Of a stretch of 64,000 nt of DNA, positions 19,777 through 29,105 are shown one piece after another. How positions within the stretch are numbered: position 1 is the first letter of the stretch; the number at the start of each line of letters is the position of its first letter. The position numbers and the translations under genes were made by a program. The DNA is from Rhodothermales bacterium (lineage in GTDB: Bacteria > Bacteroidota > Rhodothermia > Rhodothermales > VXPQ01). The notes under the pieces were generated by a model. It worked only from the letters and a program-made list of their open reading frames with translations. It ran no database searches and was not told where the DNA came from. The stretch spans positions 2,517,762 to 2,581,761 of the forward strand of contig OZ252093.1 in assembly GCA_965248175.1 (NCBI GenBank), given 5' to 3'.

Positions 19777-22716
19777 CTATCTTGCCTCGAATAGGCTGTC
19801 CGGGAGTATGAAGGTGGCCGGTCCGAGTATGGAACCGTGCGCCTGATCGGCCACGCGCGGCCGGATCTCCACAATTCTCCGGTTCTCGCGTGTCGGATAA
19901 ACCCGGTTCGTGAGCAGAATGACGAACAGGTCCGTGTCGGGATCGACCCAGAACGATGTGCCGGTAAAACCGGTATGCCCGAAACTGCTCGGGCCGGAAC
20001 CTTCGCCAGCGGACGAATATCCCTCCGGGCTCTTCGTATCCCATCCAAGCGCCCGCGTGCTGAGGTCCGGATCCTGTACGGTCGTGAACAGGCGGAGGGT
20101 TTCGGGTGAAATGAACGCCTCCCCGTCCACGCGCCCTTCTTCAAGCAGCATATGGGCGAATTTCGCAAGATCCTCGGCGGTGGAAAACAACCCGGCATGC
20201 CCGGAGACGCCCCCGAGTATCCAGGCGGTTTCGTCATGCACTTCGCCCTGGACGAGCCGCCTGCGGAATGTACGGTCGTGTTCGGTAGGTACTACGTCCG
20301 GATTGGGAGAGCCGGACGACATGAATCCGGTATCGTGCATGCCAAGCGGCTCGAAAATATGCTCCTCGGCATATTCGTCGAAGGGTTGTCCGGTAATCCG
20401 CTCGATGACCAGCATGAGGGAGATCATACTGAAATCACTGTAGCGCATTTCCGTGCCCGGTTCATATTCCAGCGATTCCGCCAGTACCGAATCGATGAGC
20501 GCCTCGCGCGCGACGGTGCCTGTTTCATAAAACCGCCGGTACGGGATGAGCCCGGACGTGTGGGTAAGCAGGTGCCGGATCGTAACGCCTTCTTTGCCGG
20601 ACTGCCGAAACCTGGGGAGATAATCTGCTACCGGTGTATCAAGTCTTAGCTTACCGGCGTCGAACAATTGCATGGCTGCGGTAGTCGTCGCGATAACCTT
20701 CGTGAGCGAAGCAAGATCGAACAACGAGGTGGTGGTGACGGACCGCTCCTCGTCGTAGGTAAAGTGGCCGTACGCTTGCAGTTTGGCGATCACGCCGCCG
20801 CGGCCTATCGCAAGAGCAGCTCCCGGGAAAGCCGTGCTGTCGATGGCGTTCCGGATCAGTGTGTCGAGACGACTGATTACCGTACCGCTCAGGCCGACTT
20901 CTGCGGGGTATCCGGTTCGAATGGATTGCTGGAACAAGTCCATGCCGTCACCGAACGCGTACAGGTCGGGTATGCTGACGGGCAGGCGGCCGGTGATGTC
21001 AGCCTGCCCTGCAAACGCATCGGCAGCAGCCGTCTGGGAGACCTCTGAAGCACTGTATGCGATCAGATAGGAAGCAGGCTGCGCCATATCCCGCACCATG
21101 TACGGATCGCCGAACGAAACGAGTGCTACCGGAGGCCCGTAGTCCACAAGACGTGCAAGAAAAGCCGTTTGCGGGTCTTCGGGACCGTTTTCCTCGTCCT
21201 CGGTTTCTGCACCCCGGGGGCGGGTGCGCAGAAACGCAGACACGACGACAAACGGGTACGCGTCACTCTGCTCCAGAGCGGCTTCGTAGTCTTCCGGGCC
21301 GGACCTGCTGTCAAGACGGAGTGTGTCCACCTTGGCGCCGGGCCGGTTCCAGAGCAAGTCCGCAAGAAAACGACTTCCTGTGGACGGGTTCGAACCGTCC
21401 GAAAGGGTGATACACAGCATGCGGGCCTCCTGGGAAAGAGGGAGAATCCCGCCCGTATTCCGCAGCAGCGTGAGTGACTGCCGGGCAATACCGAGGCTCA
21501 ATGCTCTGTGTTCTTTCAAATCTATTTGCAGGGAGTCCGGGTCCTCGGCAACGCTCCTGTCCATATGCAGTCCTGACCAGGCTTTGGCGCGCAAAATCCG
21601 CATCACAGAGGCATCTATACGTTCTTCTGTGATCGCGCCTTCTCCGATAGCTTGCAACACAGCTTCTCGTGCTGCCCGGGGATCTTCGGAAAGCAGCAAC
21701 ATGTCGGCGCCTGCAACCAGGGACCGAACGGCAATCTCCCCAGTCGGAAACTGCTCTGTGACACCCGCCATATCCAGTGCATCCGTGACGACGAGGCCAT
21801 CGAAATCCAGTTCGTCGCGCAACAGCCCGGCGATGATCTGTGGCGAAAGGCTGGCTGGGAGCGTGGTATCCGGTTCGATCCGGGGAAGCGCAAGATGACC
21901 GACCATGACGCTCATCACGCCGTCCTGCACCAGTCTTCGGAAGGGAACGAGTTCCAGTGCCTCGAGCCGGTCAGGCCCGAAAAAGAGCACAGGCAACGCC
22001 ATGTGCGAATCGACGGAGGTATCCCCATGGCCCGGAAAATGCTTTGCGGTGGCGAGCACGCCGGCTTCCTGCAGCCCGAAGGCAAAGGCCGCCGCCATAC
22101 TCGCGACAACTTCCGCCCGCTCACTGAACGAACGGGTGTTGATGACAGGATTGTCGGGATTGTTGTTTACGTCGGCTACGGGAGCAAGTACGTGCCGTGT
22201 TCCGATAGCCCGTGCCTCCCGGCCTGTGATGTACCCGGCCATGCGCGCCCATTCGACGTCTCCTGTGGCGCCCATCGCCATGGCCCGTGGAAAGACAGTC
22301 GTCCCCTCAACGCGCATCCCCGCACCCCACTCCATATCCTGGGCAATAAGCAGCGGGAGCCTCGCACGACCTTGCAGGTCATTCACGAGGGCGATCTGAT
22401 CCGATGGGTTTCCCTGAAAAAAGGTGACGCCGCCGAGTCCAAATTGCTCGACCAGATCGACGAGGTCCTGGTATGCGGCATCGTCCGGGTCCATCATCCG
22501 GCCATAGGCGCGCACGGAAAACAGCTGGGAGACCTTCTCTTCCAGCGTCATGGACCGGAGCTGCTCTTCGGCCCATGCTTCCGTACCGGGCCAGAGGTCG
22601 TCCGCATCGGGAGAACCTGGGAAAATGTCTGCCAGAAGCAAGACATACGCGACGATCAATGCACCGAGCGTCAGGGCGGCGCCGAGGAGAAGGCGACGGT
22701 GGAGGAAGCGGGGCAT
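19777..22716 (-). CDS. fusion protein: glycoside hydrolase family 3 (NagZ-like) N-terminal domain + beta-lactamase-fold serine hydrolase C-terminal domain
   Basis: KHFPGHGDTSVDSH (GH3) in the N-terminal half. SLTKVIATT (SxxK) plus a YSD motif in the C-terminal half. N-terminal signal/anchor. Confidence 0.85.
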   Translation of the reverse strand: MPRFLHRRLLLGAALTLGALIVAYVLLLADIFPGSPDADDLWPGTEAWAEEQLRSMTLEEKVSQLFSVRAYGRMMDPDDAAYQDLVDLVEQFGLGGVTFFQGNPSDQIALVNDLQGRARLPLLIAQDMEWGAGMRVEGTTVFPRAMAMGATGDVEWARMAGYITGREARAIGTRHVLAPVADVNNNPDNPVINTRSFSERAEVVASMAAAFAFGLQEAGVLATAKHFPGHGDTSVDSHMALPVLFFGPDRLEALELVPFRRLVQDGVMSVMVGHLALPRIEPDTTLPASLSPQIIAGLLRDELDFDGLVVTDALDMAGVTEQFPTGEIAVRSLVAGADMLLLSEDPRAAREAVLQAIGEGAITEERIDASVMRILRAKAWSGLHMDRSVAEDPDSLQIDLKEHRALSLGIARQSLTLLRNTGGILPLSQEARMLCITLSDGSNPSTGSRFLADLLWNRPGAKVDTLRLDSRSGPEDYEAALEQSDAYPFVVVSAFLRTRPRGAETEDEENGPEDPQTAFLARLVDYGPPVALVSFGDPYMVRDMAQPASYLIAYSASEVSQTAAADAFAGQADITGRLPVSIPDLYAFGDGMDLFQQSIRTGYPAEVGLSGTVISRLDTLIRNAIDSTAFPGAALAIGRGGVIAKLQAYGHFTYDEERSVTTTSLFDLASLTKVIATTTAAMQLFDAGKLRLDTPVADYLPRFRQSGKEGVTIRHLLTHTSGLIPYRRFYETGTVAREALIDSVLAESLEYEPGTEMRYSDFSMISLMLVIERITGQPFDEYAEEHIFEPLGMHDTGFMSSGSPNPDVVPTEHDRTFRRRLVQGEVHDETAWILGGVSGHAGLFSTAEDLAKFAHMLLEEGRVDGEAFISPETLRLFTTVQDPDLSTRALGWDTKSPEGYSSAGEGSGPSSFGHTGFTGTSFWVDPDTDLFVILLTNRVYPTRENRRIVEIRPRVADQAHGSILGPATFILPDSLFEAR

Positions 22717-22844
22717 TGCTGCGGAGCCCTCAGGCAGATTCTAATCCGTATGCCGAAATATACGGGCAAGACGACTGCGTTTTACCACATGGTTCGGGCA
22801 GAACGTATTTCGAACGGGAGCGCATGACACCAGTTTTCCGCAGC

Positions 22845-23099
22845 TTACCGGTGCCGGGGTGGTTCGGGAAAATATTCCTCGTCGTTTTCCCTGGTGATGT
22901 AGCTCACCATTCTTTCGGTAAGCAGTCCTGCCAGCACAACTACCGTGATTTCGAAAAAAATGCCGAAGACCAGCCGACGAAATCCACGTCTCATGGTTTT
23001 CGGCAACAACGAAAAAGCGCCTGCCACGCCGAGAAAGCCCAGGAAGAAAGTTAATGGGCTGTAATCGGTTTGCGGGGATTCGTTCGGTGAAGCAGGCAT
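22845..23099 (-). CDS. small hypothetical membrane protein
   Basis: 84 aa with two hydrophobic segments. No family recognised. Confidence 0.4.
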   Translation of the reverse strand: MPASPNESPQTDYSPLTFFLGFLGVAGAFSLLPKTMRRGFRRLVFGIFFEITVVVLAGLLTERMVSYITRENDEEYFPEPPRHR

Positions 23100-23318
23100 C
23101 CGGATAACGGCGGAGGATGAAGGGAAAATGAGAAAACGGCGCGGCGATAAGTGCTCTTTCAGCGGTACGTGTGCAAACTAACGCGCAGGTCCCGGTTCCG
23201 CAATATTGTATTTCCTCCGCTTACTCAGAGGTGGTTCGGGTTGATTGGACAGATTTCCGGGGAATTTAAGGTGTAGTGTTGCGACCTTGTTTCGATACAA
23301 TCTAACCCGACGAGACCC

Positions 23319-23612
23319 ATGTCAAGACGCACACGCAGAACCCATAGTCCTTCGTTCAAGGCGAAGGTAGCCCTCGCCGCCGTTCGCGGCGACCGTACGC
23401 TGGCCGAACTCGCCGAGCGCTTCGAGGTGCACCCGAACCAGATACAATCGTGGAAGAAGCAGCTGGTAGAGACCGCCGAGGAGGCTTTCACCCGAGGCCG
23501 CGGCGGCGCTCCGGACGAGCGCGACGACCGGATAAAGGTGCTTCACGCGAAGATCGGAGAGTTGTCGATGGAGAAGGATTTTTTATCGAAGGCGCTCGGT
23601 CGAGACCTCTAG
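23319..23612 (+). CDS. IS3-family transposase OrfA (HTH)
   Basis: 97 aa, SFKAKVALAAVRGDRTLAELAERFEVHPNQIQSWKKQL helix-turn-helix region. Confidence 0.9.
   Translation: MSRRTRRTHSPSFKAKVALAAVRGDRTLAELAERFEVHPNQIQSWKKQLVETAEEAFTRGRGGAPDERDDRIKVLHAKIGELSMEKDFLSKALGRDL
23579..23585 (+). other. candidate -1 programmed ribosomal frameshift heptamer T TTT TTA
   Basis: In the orfA frame it reads GA[T TTT TTA] TCG. The -1 frame continues FFIEGARSRPL... into OrfB. Confidence 0.6.
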
Positions 23613-24454
23613 CCGAGCGCCGGGCGAGGATAGATCGCGCCCATACCATGCCCGTGGTTCGCCAGTCGAGGCTCTTGTCGTTGAGTCGTTCGACGGCCTA
23701 CTATACCCCTCGCGCAGAGAGCGAAGAGAACCTTGCGGCGATGAAAGAGATCGACAGGCTCTATATGGAGCGTCCCACAAGCGGATCGCGCACGATAAAG
23801 AGCATGCTCGAGGCGCGAGGCGTCCGTGTCGCCAGAAGCCGCGTCGTTCGCCTCATGCGCCTGATGGGCCTTAGGGCCATTTACCCCAAGCGCCGCACGT
23901 CGTCTCCGGGAGAAGGGCACAGGATTTATCCTTATCTGCTCAGAGGCATGAAGGTGACGAGACCCCGGCAGGTCTATGCGGCGGACATTACGTACATCCC
24001 TATGGCGAAGGGCTTTCTTTATCTTGTGGCCGTGATCGACTGGTATAGCCGCAAGGTGCTCGCCCACCGGCTATCGAACACGATGGACGCCGCCTTTTGC
24101 GTCGAAGCGATGGAAGAAGCCATTGTCCGCTACGGTGCACCTGAGGTCTTCAATACCGATCAGGGAGCGCAGTTTACCTCCGAGGCGTTCACCGGTGCGC
24201 TCAAGGAGCATGGCGTGCGCATCTCTATGGACGGCAAGGGCCGCTGGCTCGATAACGTGTACGTGGAGCGCCTCTGGCGCAGCCTCAAGCAGGAAGAAGT
24301 CTACCGGCGCGCGTACGAGACGGTGAGCGAGGCCGGGAAGGGGATTGCCGATTACCTGCGCTACTTCAACGAAGAGCGGCCTCACCAGGGACTTGACAAC
24401 CGGACCCCCGACGACGTATTCTACAAACGAAAACCGCTGCCCAAAGCGGCATAA
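23579..24454 (+). CDS. IS3-family transposase OrfB (DDE integrase domain; made as an OrfAB fusion by -1 frameshift)
   Basis: ADITYIP...VIDWYSRKV (D), FNTDQGAQFTS (D), VERLWRSLKQEEV (E). The frame is -1 relative to orfA. Confidence 0.9.
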   Translation, partial: FFIEGARSRPLAERRARIDRAHTMPVVRQSRLLSLSRSTAYYTPRAESEENLAAMKEIDRLYMERPTSGSRTIKSMLEARGVRVARSRVVRLMRLMGLRAIYPKRRTSSPGEGHRIYPYLLRGMKVTRPRQVYAADITYIPMAKGFLYLVAVIDWYSRKVLAHRLSNTMDAAFCVEAMEEAIVRYGAPEVFNTDQGAQFTSEAFTGALKEHGVRISMDGKGRWLDNVYVERLWRSLKQEEVYRRAYETVSEAGKGIADYLRYFNEERPHQGLDNRTPDDVFYKRKPLPKAA

Positions 24455-25524
24455 CCCGACGCGACAGTACACTTAAAAACGCAAAAAAAACTGTCCAGTT
24501 TTTTCGGACCATTTCTCTCCTCTCCACCCCACACATTCCCCCCCGCATCGAAGTTGAACGCATGAACCGCGTAGCCGGCGAAAACGCCCAAGCCCTGCTC
24601 GATATTCGAATGTAAATGGACCGGTGGGGTTTGCAGTAAGGCCGCCCCGATATCTATATCGCCCACCGTATCGGTTTGCAAAAGAGCCGTATGGTGATAG
24701 GTGAAATAGTCATCGCTCAGCACAGACAGCACCAGTCTGTATCGGGATTCCACCGTTTCGAAAGGAAGCTCTGATGCAGTGATTTTGAACGATTTCGTTT
24801 GGCCGTCGAACAATTCGTCCGAAAAAAGAACACCCTGGAAATAGTTGTCTTCTACGGACACGTCCGGGGAATCGAAAAAATACGCGTAGTCCTTGTACCG
24901 GAACGAGGTTTCGTTGCCTGCGAACGGAATCTCCCATAATGCCAGAGGACGGCCCGGCTCGTCCACGATGGGACGATACCCCCACTCATTCTCTTCCCCA
25001 ACGGGAGACCACCGAAACAGTTCGAGTTTGTAGTAATTCGTTCCCGGGGGATCCTCGATCCGTACGCGGAGCCGGTAGATTTCGCGACCGAACCGATCAT
25101 CCGGATCGTCGAGACGCTCCAGTTCGTCAATGCCCGCCGTCACGGCCGGAATGGAGGAAACGGCGCGTACTGCAGGCAAACCGGGCGCCTCCGCCCGGAG
25201 CGTATACATGGCGCCGGGAACCGGGTGCGCACCGGGGGGCGCCGTATAGATTCCCTCGCCCATGTGGGCAAGCGACGCCGAAAAATTCCCCGCCTCATCC
25301 GACACGCTTACTGTCGCATCGGTGACAGCCAGCTTCCTGGCGTTCTCGGCCCCTGTGATGTCCGCACTCCGGTTTAGCCGGACTGTCCACACACTGTCGG
25401 AAGAGAAAAAACCATGCACTACGAGTTGCGGAGTATGTTCGGGAACCGCAACCTCCACCACCGTCTCGCAGGCGCTCAATGCGCCCGCCGCAAGCAAGAC
25501 AACGAATAGCGATCGTACGGACAT
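24421..25524 (-). CDS. DUF4249 family lipoprotein (TBDR partner); native part 24517-25524, last 31 codons read from IS3 sequence
   Basis: Lipoprotein signal LLAAGALSAC. Immediately downstream of the TBDR gene, as is typical for DUF4249. The ORF crosses the IS3 right end at 24516. Confidence 0.7.
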   Translation of the reverse strand: MSVRSLFVVLLAAGALSACETVVEVAVPEHTPQLVVHGFFSSDSVWTVRLNRSADITGAENARKLAVTDATVSVSDEAGNFSASLAHMGEGIYTAPPGAHPVPGAMYTLRAEAPGLPAVRAVSSIPAVTAGIDELERLDDPDDRFGREIYRLRVRIEDPPGTNYYKLELFRWSPVGEENEWGYRPIVDEPGRPLALWEIPFAGNETSFRYKDYAYFFDSPDVSVEDNYFQGVLFSDELFDGQTKSFKITASELPFETVESRYRLVLSVLSDDYFTYHHTALLQTDTVGDIDIGAALLQTPPVHLHSNIEQGLGVFAGYAVHAFNFDAGGNVWGGEERNGPKKLDSFFCVFKCTVASGYAALGSGFRL

Positions 25525-25526
25525 GG

Positions 25527-27971
25527 TCAGAACGAGATGCGGTACGCGAAAGCAGGAAGCACCGGAAACAGACTCAACTGCCGGAAAGTGAAGGTGGAAT
25601 CATCCGTGTCGTCGTATCCCCGGCTACTTTCCGGAACAGGATACACCACGAAGGGATTCCTCCGGTTGTAGGCATTATAGGCACCGAATGTGAGCGTGCG
25701 GGTCCCCCAAGAGCGTTCCTTGCGGAAATGCACGGCGAGATCAAGCCGGTGGTAAGACCCAATCCGGGACGCATTGCGGGGGCCGTAATCCACCAGTATC
25801 CGATCTTCTTCGTCTCGGCGATAGCTATAGTCGTCATCCAGCGTAACCACATGACGACCCACCGGCAGCCACGCAGGATACCCGCTGCCGTATACCCAGG
25901 CCGCCGATATTTCCTTGTTTTTAGTCAGGCGGTACTGCGCCACGAGCGATACGTCGTGACGCCGGTCGTAGCGGTACGGGAAGGGTTTTCCATTATTCAG
26001 ATTCCTGAAATCCCGTACGGCCTTGGCCCATGAATACCCGAGCCATCCGTTCAAGCGGCCCGTTTTCTTCTGCACGAACACTTCAAGACCATACGCAGCG
26101 CCACGGCCCGTTTCGATCAGATCGGGCCAGTTTCTGAACACCGAATCGAAGGTTTGCGTGCCCGCCTTGTATTCAATGAGGTCGGCCATCCATTTGTAAT
26201 AGCCTTCGAGGGACGCTTCGTAACGCCCCGCCTTCATGCTTCGCACGGCGCCGGCCGCTATCTGATGACTCTTTTGCGGAGGCATGCGATCCATCGCCGA
26301 AACCCAGAAATCCGTAAAGGGATTTCCTGTGCTGGCTGTCAGGAAGTGTACCGGCTGCTGCATCCGCACGTATGATAATTTTGCCGACATGCGCCTCGCA
26401 ATGCGCCGGCTCATGCTCAGGCGCGGCTCGATCGAGGGATACCACTTGTTATCCACGAAATAATGTGCAAAGCGAAGACCTGCATTCACCCTGAGTCCAG
26501 AAAACAACGTCATGTCGTCTTCGGCATACAGCGCGGCTTCTCCGGAACGCACTACGCCGATCGGCGAGGTTAAGGTAGTGTCCGTCTCAGTTTCTCCCGA
26601 ATACACCGACCATAACCAGAGCCTGCCCGGACTGAAACGATGCAGAATGCCCTCCGCGCCGAAACGCATATAGTGCCTCGGAGAAGGTCGATGTTCCACA
26701 TCCGCTTTCGCCGTGAAATCAAGGATGTCGGATACGTAAGAAACACTTGATTCATCTTTCTCCGACGGTGGCACTGACGTGTCTTCTTCGCGTACGCCGA
26801 TGGAGAAACTGTAATTCGTCACGCCCACCAGGACGTTGGAAAATGTGCGGCTACCGAGCAATCGGTTCCACCTGACGGCGCCGAGACGGTTACGCCAGCC
26901 GAGGTCCCCACTGGCTTTCCCATCGTCCCATTTGTCCTTGACATAGAACAGGTCGCGCCCCGAATAGCCGCTCAGGTAGACGCGATCCTTCCTCGATACG
27001 ATATAGTTGACCTTGAAATTCAAGTCGTAAAAAAAGTAGCCTCCCGTTGTATTTCCAGGCAGAAAAGGACGCACCAGCAGATCTGCGAGCGTACGCCGGC
27101 CGGTAACGAGAAAAGAGGCCTTGTCCTTTACGATCGGCCCTTCCAGCGTCACTCGCGACGCTATAATCCCGGTCCCCACTTCTCCGCTGTACTTTTTCAG
27201 GTTACCCTCCTTCATGGTGAGGTTCACCACGGACGAAAGGCGGCCTCCGTACCTCGCAGGGAAGCCCCCCTTGATCAGTTCGACGTGTTTCATCGCGTCC
27301 GCATTGAAGACGCTCAGAAAGCCGAACAAGTGGGTGGGATTGTACAGCGGAAGTCCATCCAGCAGGATGAGATTCTGGTCGGGGCCCCCGCCCCGTACGT
27401 AAAATCCGCTCCGGCCTTCGGATCCCGACTGCACGCCCGGCAACAGTTGCAGCGTTTTCTGTATATCCACTTCGCCGAGCAGAGCCGGCAGCGACTGTAT
27501 CTGCTCCACCGCCACTTCGTGGCGCCCCATCTGCGGCTCGTCGATGGGGGAATCCGCTTGCGCAACAACTTCGATCTCCTCCAGACCTATGGCATAGGGT
27601 ACAAGCGCAACGTCGAGCGTCGTATTTGCTGCCAGCGACAGGGCATACGTAGCGGTCTCGTAGCCGAGGTAGGAGAACGCGAGCATCAGGGAGTCGCGCC
27701 GGACCGTCAGGCTGTAAAAGCCATACTGGTTGGTGACCGCGCCAATGCCCAGTTCCGGAACGCTCACCGTGGCGCCCGGAAGCCGCTCACCGCTCGAAGC
27801 GTCCTCTACGTACCCATTGACGGTGCGGGGCAAGGACTGCGCCTGTCCGGTATCCTGAGCATGCGCTGAAGCCGCAGCGAGCCCCCCTGCCCAAAGACAC
27901 ACTGCGAGAAGGAAACCCGCGCCGGACCTAATCCCGGCGCATGAACCTGTTCTAAAGGAGAAAAACAACAC
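25527..27971 (-). CDS. TonB-dependent receptor with N-terminal carboxypeptidase-regulatory-like domain
   Basis: 814 aa. Signal peptide, CarbopepD_reg-like beta-sandwich (GYVEDASSGERLPGATV), plug region (DGLPLYNPTHLFGF), C-terminal aromatic ...AYRISF. GTG start. Confidence 0.9.
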   Translation of the reverse strand: MLFFSFRTGSCAGIRSGAGFLLAVCLWAGGLAAASAHAQDTGQAQSLPRTVNGYVEDASSGERLPGATVSVPELGIGAVTNQYGFYSLTVRRDSLMLAFSYLGYETATYALSLAANTTLDVALVPYAIGLEEIEVVAQADSPIDEPQMGRHEVAVEQIQSLPALLGEVDIQKTLQLLPGVQSGSEGRSGFYVRGGGPDQNLILLDGLPLYNPTHLFGFLSVFNADAMKHVELIKGGFPARYGGRLSSVVNLTMKEGNLKKYSGEVGTGIIASRVTLEGPIVKDKASFLVTGRRTLADLLVRPFLPGNTTGGYFFYDLNFKVNYIVSRKDRVYLSGYSGRDLFYVKDKWDDGKASGDLGWRNRLGAVRWNRLLGSRTFSNVLVGVTNYSFSIGVREEDTSVPPSEKDESSVSYVSDILDFTAKADVEHRPSPRHYMRFGAEGILHRFSPGRLWLWSVYSGETETDTTLTSPIGVVRSGEAALYAEDDMTLFSGLRVNAGLRFAHYFVDNKWYPSIEPRLSMSRRIARRMSAKLSYVRMQQPVHFLTASTGNPFTDFWVSAMDRMPPQKSHQIAAGAVRSMKAGRYEASLEGYYKWMADLIEYKAGTQTFDSVFRNWPDLIETGRGAAYGLEVFVQKKTGRLNGWLGYSWAKAVRDFRNLNNGKPFPYRYDRRHDVSLVAQYRLTKNKEISAAWVYGSGYPAWLPVGRHVVTLDDDYSYRRDEEDRILVDYGPRNASRIGSYHRLDLAVHFRKERSWGTRTLTFGAYNAYNRRNPFVVYPVPESSRGYDDTDDSTFTFRQLSLFPVLPAFAYRISF

Positions 27972-28121
27972 TCCTGCCTGTGCGGTGAATAATTACTCGA
28001 ATCTGCTAAAAACAGTAGCGATTTCTATATCGAGTGCACAGGGTGTGTTAAGAATGGAAAATACGGAGGTGATACCTCACATACGGCGAACGATGGGACA
28101 GGTTTCCTGCAATCCTTTCCA

Positions 28122-28865
28122 CTATTCCAGGCGGAACCGGAACGTGACGATGCCCGTCTGCGGCTCCTGCGGCGCGTTGGGCGGCAGGGGATTGAAGCGC
28201 CAGCGCTGCAAGATGTCCATTGTGGCCTTCTCCAGAGTGGCATCGCCCTTCAGGAGCAGAAAACGCTGCACGATCCGACCTTGCGGATCGACGGTAATGC
28301 GCACCCGGATCGTCGCATTCACCTGCTCCCGGTACTCGGGAATCGGAGCATACATAGGGTCGCGATTCAGCCCTTCTATTTCGAAGGGGGCAGTGGTCAA
28401 TTCGTCCAGGCCTTCTCCCGTTTCAGCAGGGCGCGTTTCACCCGTTTCGCTGGGCACGGCGCTACCAAGCGGGCGAACGGGGGGTGGTTCGGGCTCCGGA
28501 TCGGGCTCTTCCGTCGCTTCCTCGCTATCCTGCCGTTCGGGAGAAACCTCCTCTATCTCCGGCGTCGTTACCTGATCTTCCTCGACGACAGGTTGCGTCT
28601 GGTCCGGCAAATCCACCTGTCTGGCTTCTTCCGGCGCAGGCGCAGGTTCCTTCGGGGGTTCCTGCGGCTCTTCCGGAGCGACGGTTTCCTCCGAAGCGCG
28701 GCTCTCCGCATAGGGGCCGAATTCCACCTCTACAAATCCTATTTGCCGGGAATCAGCCTGCGACACCGTAAGAAAAGCGAAACCGAGGAGAACCCCGGCG
28801 TGCAGTACAATGCTGGCCCCCAAACCGATCCAGTCGTTCTTGTTCATGCGATCCGCTGGTTGCAA
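28122..28865 (-). CDS. tonB: energy transducer TonB
   Basis: N-terminal anchor, Pro/Glu-rich spacer, C-terminal TonB domain (...RVRITVDPQGRIV...ILQRWRFNP...). Alternative start at 28847. Confidence 0.85.
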   Translation of the reverse strand: MQPADRMNKNDWIGLGASIVLHAGVLLGFAFLTVSQADSRQIGFVEVEFGPYAESRASEETVAPEEPQEPPKEPAPAPEEARQVDLPDQTQPVVEEDQVTTPEIEEVSPERQDSEEATEEPDPEPEPPPVRPLGSAVPSETGETRPAETGEGLDELTTAPFEIEGLNRDPMYAPIPEYREQVNATIRVRITVDPQGRIVQRFLLLKGDATLEKATMDILQRWRFNPLPPNAPQEPQTGIVTFRFRLE

Positions 28866-29105
28866 ACGCCCCTGTCAGAGGGCATTGAAGCGTTTGAAGA
28901 GAAGAATGCCGGAAAAGAAAGAAAACGACATAACAACAACATAACATAGAACACGCCAGGAGGGTTCGGGATCCCCCCAGACCTGTATTGACTGCGCCCG
29001 TTTTATACGCAAAACGGTCGCGCGAAAACGCAGATTCCTTGTTACTTTATCATGTCTGTCGCATGCTATCACAATTTTCCCGAACCCGCCCGGCCACGAA
29101 AAATC

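Larger units (their letters stand above)
23227..24516 (+). mobile_element. intact IS3-family insertion sequence (orfA/orfB, -1 frameshift)
   Basis: Imperfect terminal IRs: AGAGGTGGTTCGGGTTGATTGGACAG (23227-23252) versus the reverse complement of CTGTCCAGTTTTTTCGGACCATTTCT (24491-24516). Flanking 3-bp repeat CTC (23224-23226 / 24517-24519). Right end confirmed by where homology to the remnant at 13205 stops. Confidence 0.9.

Noticed and set aside
21652-22827. 391-aa plus-strand ORF opposite the GH3/beta-lactamase fusion gene
   Set aside because: It is an antisense shadow ORF. The minus frame carries the GH3 and SxxK motifs.
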